Of a stretch of 38,606 bases of DNA, positions 35,452-38,606 are shown piece after piece. The first letter of the stretch is position 1. Every line of letters starts with the position of its first letter. Both the position numbers and the translations under genes were made by a program. Source of the stretch: Acidimicrobiales bacterium (lineage in GTDB: Bacteria > Actinomycetota > Acidimicrobiia > Acidimicrobiales > Bog-793). The notes under the pieces are model-generated. The model saw only the letters and a program-made list of their open reading frames with translations, was not told the DNA's origin and did not search any database. The stretch is from contig JBEKLG010000001.1 in NCBI GenBank assembly GCA_050010315.1, positions 1-38,606 of the forward strand, given 5' to 3'.

Positions 35452-36381
35452 GTGGCCAACAGAGTCGTTGTCGTCGGCCTTGGCAACATCTCGTCCGTCC
35501 ACCTGCGGGCGCTCGAGGACATCGAGTCCGTGGAGTCGGTGGTCGGCGTCGATCCGAACCTCCCACCTGCAGCTTCGTTCCGCGGGGAACCGTTGCGCGT
35601 CTACCGGCACCTCGACGACGCGCTCGCCGAAGGCGCCGACCTCGTCGTCGTCGCCACGCCGACCGGCTCGCACGCTTCGGTCGTCGGGGCCGTCCGGGCG
35701 CGCAACGCCGCTGTCCCGATCCTCGTCGAGAAGCCCGCGGCCGACCGGCACGCCGAAGCCGAGCGCGTGCTCGCTAGCGGCGCGGCCCAGGTGATCTTCC
35801 ACGCGGGGTTCGCGCCCGAGGTCCTCTGGGCCGTGGAGTTGTGCGAATCCGCCGAAGGGCGCCTCGGTGACGTCGTCGCCTTCGAGGCCTTCTTCGCCAG
35901 TCCCTACGCCGACGACCGGGAGAGCCGCAGGGCGAGCCTCGCCAACAGCTGGCTGGACTCCGGCATCAACGCCTTGAGCATCGTCGGCCGGTTCGCGATC
36001 CCGTCGCGGGTCTCATCCTTCCGGTCCTTCCCCGACCGGTTCAGCGCCTTCGCGGCTTGCTTCGGCCTCGGGGCACAGGGCGCCGGCAATCAGGCGACGA
36101 TCGTCACGACCTGGCAGGTAGCGAGCTTCCGCCAATGGTCGCGGTTGTGCTTTTCGGACGGGACCGAGCTCGTCTTCGACCACATCGCCGGGACAGCGAC
36201 CGCTATTTCGCCCGGCGCCGCCCCCGAGATCTTCAGACGAGCCGACGCCGGTCCCCGCCTCGCCGGGCACTACGCCAACTTCTACCGCGACTACTTCGGC
36301 GCGAGACGGCGCCAGTACGCAGACGAGCTCGGACGCGACCTCCACCGGCTGCTCTTTGCGGCGCTGGAGCGGCTCCCCTAG
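35452..36381 (+). CDS. Gfo/Idh/MocA family oxidoreductase
   Basis: The Rossmann N-terminus is VVVVGLGNISSVHLRAL and the family EKP motif is present (ILVEKPAA). I prefer the GTG at 35452, which has GGAAGGA 8 nt upstream. The longest ORF starts at 35419. Confidence 0.75.
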   Translation: MANRVVVVGLGNISSVHLRALEDIESVESVVGVDPNLPPAASFRGEPLRVYRHLDDALAEGADLVVVATPTGSHASVVGAVRARNAAVPILVEKPAADRHAEAERVLASGAAQVIFHAGFAPEVLWAVELCESAEGRLGDVVAFEAFFASPYADDRESRRASLANSWLDSGINALSIVGRFAIPSRVSSFRSFPDRFSAFAACFGLGAQGAGNQATIVTTWQVASFRQWSRLCFSDGTELVFDHIAGTATAISPGAAPEIFRRADAGPRLAGHYANFYRDYFGARRRQYADELGRDLHRLLFAALERLP

Positions 36382-36470
36382 AAAGGCCCACCCGCGCGAC
36401 GCGCGCCCCGCATCGGAGCCGCCTTCCGGGCGGATTCGGCCATCTCGACCCGGGCGCGAGACCGCGCCCG

Positions 36471-38267
36471 CTAGGCCGGTGTGGGCAACTTCTCGCTCAC
36501 GACACCGCCGTCGCCCTCGACGGCGTGGTGACGGAGATGATGGTGGTGGCCGAGTCGGGCCTTCTGGGCCCGGGACTCCTCGTCCTCGTGGATGTACTTG
36601 CCACCCCGCATCGCCGAGGCGAGCGCGGCGATGACGCTCATCACGATGGCGAAAACGAGGATCAGCGTGAGCGCGTGCTTGAACGGTGGGCCGATCAGCT
36701 GCGGGAAGAAGGCCCGGCTGGTGATGAGTTTCGCCTGCCCCGCCCCGAGATGGCTGAGCACGCCGGGCCCGAGCAGGCTCTTCAGCGGGTTGTAGCCGAG
36801 GAAGGCCGCGAATAAATAGCCGAGCGGCGGCGCCTTGGCGATCATCGTCGCCACGGCAGCCGGGACCCCGTGAGCCGTGAGCCCGGCGAGCATGGCGTGG
36901 GGCACCTGGGAGTTCAGCCCGACGATCAGCATGGTGAAGAAGAGCCCCATCGACAGCGGCATCCCGGAGTTGGCGAGCGTGACCCGCATGCCCGAGGCCG
37001 CGCCCCGGTCGCGTGCCGGCACGGAGTTCATGATCGAGGAGGTGTTCGGCGAAGCGAAGAGCCCCCCTCCGACCCCGGAGACGAACAGCACCACGGCGAA
37101 CTGCCAGTAGGTGAAATCGGCCGGAAAGAGCAGCATCAGGCCGAACATCGCTCCGGAGACCAGCATGCCGGCCGTGGCGAACGGCCGTGCTCCGAAGCGA
37201 TCCGAGAGCCTTCCCGATATCGGGCCCGACACGACAAAGCCGAGCATGAACGGGGTCATGTAGATGCCGGCCCACAACGGCGTGACGGTGAAGTCGTAGC
37301 CGTGCTCGGGCAACCAGATGCCCTGTAGCCAGATCATCAACATGAACTGGAAGCCACCTCGCCCGATCGAACCCAGGAACCCGGCGGCGTTTCCGGCGCT
37401 GAACGCCCGGATCCGGAATAGCGACAGGCGGAATAGCGGCGCCTCCACCTGCGTCTCGATGAACAAAAAGGCGGCGAGCATCGCCAGGCCGCCGAAGATC
37501 ATCTCCAGGACGAAGGGATTTCCCCAGCCCGTGAGCGAGTTCCCGTAGGGCTTGATGGCATAGGTGAAGCCCGTGAGCAACATGGCGAGGCCGCCGGCGA
37601 AGGCGATGTTGCCCAGCCAGTCGACCCTTGCCGGAATGCGGATCCCGATCTCCTTCAGTTTCAGGTAGGCCCAGATGGTCCCGAAGGCCCCGATTGGCAC
37701 GTTGGCGAGGAACACCCAGCGCCAGCCGACCTGGGCGAGAAGTCCCCCGACGACGATGCCCAAGAACGAGCCGAGGATGGCGGCGACCATGTTCGTTCCG
37801 AGGGCGAGACCCAGTTGTTCTGCGGGGAAAGCGTCGGTGATGATCGCGGCCGAGTTCGCCATGAGCAGCGCCCCACCGATCGCCTGGAACATCCGCAAGA
37901 TGATGAGCTCCAGGGCCCCGGTCGACCCCTGGCTCCACACTGCCGAGAGCAGGATCGCGCCGAGCGTGAACCAGGCGAAGCCGAGGTTGTACATCCTCAC
38001 CCGGCCGAAAATGTCGCCGATGCGGCCGACGGTCACGACGACGGCGGCGAGCACGAGCATGTAGCCCATCAGGATCCACAGCAGGTACGGGAAGTTGGAG
38101 GCGACGAGCGGGTTGAGGTGGATGCCGCGGAAAATGACCGGGAGGGCGATCATGAGGCTCGTGGCGTTCGTCGTCGCCAGCAGGACGCCCACGGTCGTGT
38201 TCGACAGGACGAGCCACTTGTAACGCGGTCCGACGATCGGCGCGCTCACTGGCGTCGCTGTCGTCAC
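36471..38267 (-). CDS. MFS transporter, DHA2 (14-TMS) family with a His-rich C-terminal tail
   Basis: It has motif A GRIGDIFGRVRMY and many TM segments across 598 aa. The GTG start at 38267 overlaps the marR stop (GTGA) and is preceded by GGAGG. The tail reads ...ARLGHHHHLRHHAVEG. Confidence 0.88.
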   Translation of the reverse strand: MTTATPVSAPIVGPRYKWLVLSNTTVGVLLATTNATSLMIALPVIFRGIHLNPLVASNFPYLLWILMGYMLVLAAVVVTVGRIGDIFGRVRMYNLGFAWFTLGAILLSAVWSQGSTGALELIILRMFQAIGGALLMANSAAIITDAFPAEQLGLALGTNMVAAILGSFLGIVVGGLLAQVGWRWVFLANVPIGAFGTIWAYLKLKEIGIRIPARVDWLGNIAFAGGLAMLLTGFTYAIKPYGNSLTGWGNPFVLEMIFGGLAMLAAFLFIETQVEAPLFRLSLFRIRAFSAGNAAGFLGSIGRGGFQFMLMIWLQGIWLPEHGYDFTVTPLWAGIYMTPFMLGFVVSGPISGRLSDRFGARPFATAGMLVSGAMFGLMLLFPADFTYWQFAVVLFVSGVGGGLFASPNTSSIMNSVPARDRGAASGMRVTLANSGMPLSMGLFFTMLIVGLNSQVPHAMLAGLTAHGVPAAVATMIAKAPPLGYLFAAFLGYNPLKSLLGPGVLSHLGAGQAKLITSRAFFPQLIGPPFKHALTLILVFAIVMSVIAALASAMRGGKYIHEDEESRAQKARLGHHHHLRHHAVEGDGGVVSEKLPTPA

Positions 38268-38606
38268 CGGCTGACCTCCTTCAGGGCGCGACGCCTCCCG
38301 GCGCCGGCGCCGTGCAGCTCGGGTGTCGCCTCGGATGCCCCGCTGGGTCGTTCGGCCGCCAACGCTTCGAGCACGGTGACCGCCCGCTCGAGCGCCCGAT
38401 GATCCGAATCGCTCAGCGCGGCGAGGCGGTCGGCGAGCCAGGCGGTTCCCGTCTCGGCGCGCCGTTCGAGCAGCTGAATCCCGCGGATCGTCGCGACGAG
38501 GTGGATCCCCCGGCGGTCCTCGGGGTTCGCCCGCCTCTCGACGAGGCCGGCTTCCTCCAGCCTGTCGGCGAGACGCGTCGCGGCCGGAGATGGCAGTCCT
38601 TCGATC
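38264..38606 (-). CDS. MarR family transcriptional regulator, C-terminal part (runs off the window edge)
   Basis: Hand translation of the reverse strand gives ...TRLADRLEEAGLVERRANPEDRRGIHLVATIRGIQLLERR..., the winged-helix wing typical of MarR. The stop is the TGA at 38266-38264. Confidence 0.85.
   Translation of the reverse strand, partial: IEGLPSPAATRLADRLEEAGLVERRANPEDRRGIHLVATIRGIQLLERRAETGTAWLADRLAALSDSDHRALERAVTVLEALAAERPSGASEATPELHGAGAGRRRALKEVSR

Noticed and set aside
36013-38217. A 734-aa ORF on the minus strand overlapping the MFS gene
   Set aside because: It is on the same strand as the real MFS transporter (36471-38267) but out of frame. It is extremely Arg/Pro/Gly-rich, whereas the MFS frame has clear TM periodicity and motif A.
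1-38606. CRISPR arrays, IS elements, integrases, prophage or defence-island signatures
   Set aside because: I noticed no regularly spaced direct repeats, no transposase-, integrase- or recombinase-like ORFs and no long terminal inverted repeats. The only compositional dips are in short promoter regions around 13621-13700 and 14336-14498. The window reads as core chromosome.

Overview
This is a very GC-rich, actinobacterium-like chromosomal segment that is densely coded. I saw no rRNA, tRNA, CRISPR array, transposase or integrase.

Gene content from left to right:
- **Translation and stringent response (minus strand):** relA, hisS, aspS, rarA and the alaS 5' end. The relA/hisS and hisS/aspS junctions are 4-nt GTGA start/stop overlaps.
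- **Membrane and redox genes:** a DUF2029/GT87-like membrane protein, two tandem 1-Cys peroxiredoxin paralogues and a DedA protein.
- **Acetate module:** a Pat-type lysine acetyltransferase and a SatP/YaaH acetate channel, divergent from AMP-forming acetyl-CoA synthetase.
- **Mixed genes:** TetR plus GNAT, a short single-chain transketolase, a secreted BNR/Asp-box propeller, DUF1697, and a HemG-like flavodoxin plus DUF4389.
- **Zinc-ribbon membrane pair:** a co-transcribed RDD protein and CPBP protease, each with an N-terminal zinc ribbon.
- **Further genes:** a Zn-alcohol dehydrogenase and a short MscS-like channel.
- **First efflux node:** TetR-MFS divergent from a DrrAB-like ABC-2 exporter.
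- **Right end:** an orphan small-protein operon behind an Rv1855c-like F420 LLM oxidoreductase, a truncated YbaK-like remnant, DUF4232, a Gfo/Idh/MocA oxidoreductase and a MarR-MFS pair.

Most long Arg/Pro-rich ORFs in the six-frame track are antisense or out-of-frame shadows of the real genes.

I do not see a convincing defence island or mobile element. The points most worth follow-up are:
- the Pat/SatP/Acs acetate-switch cluster;
- the zinc-ribbon RDD/CPBP pair;
- the truncated YbaK-like remnant;
- the orphan 131-aa protein;
- three unusually long structured non-coding spacers.

All functional calls rest on motif recognition by eye. No database search was run.
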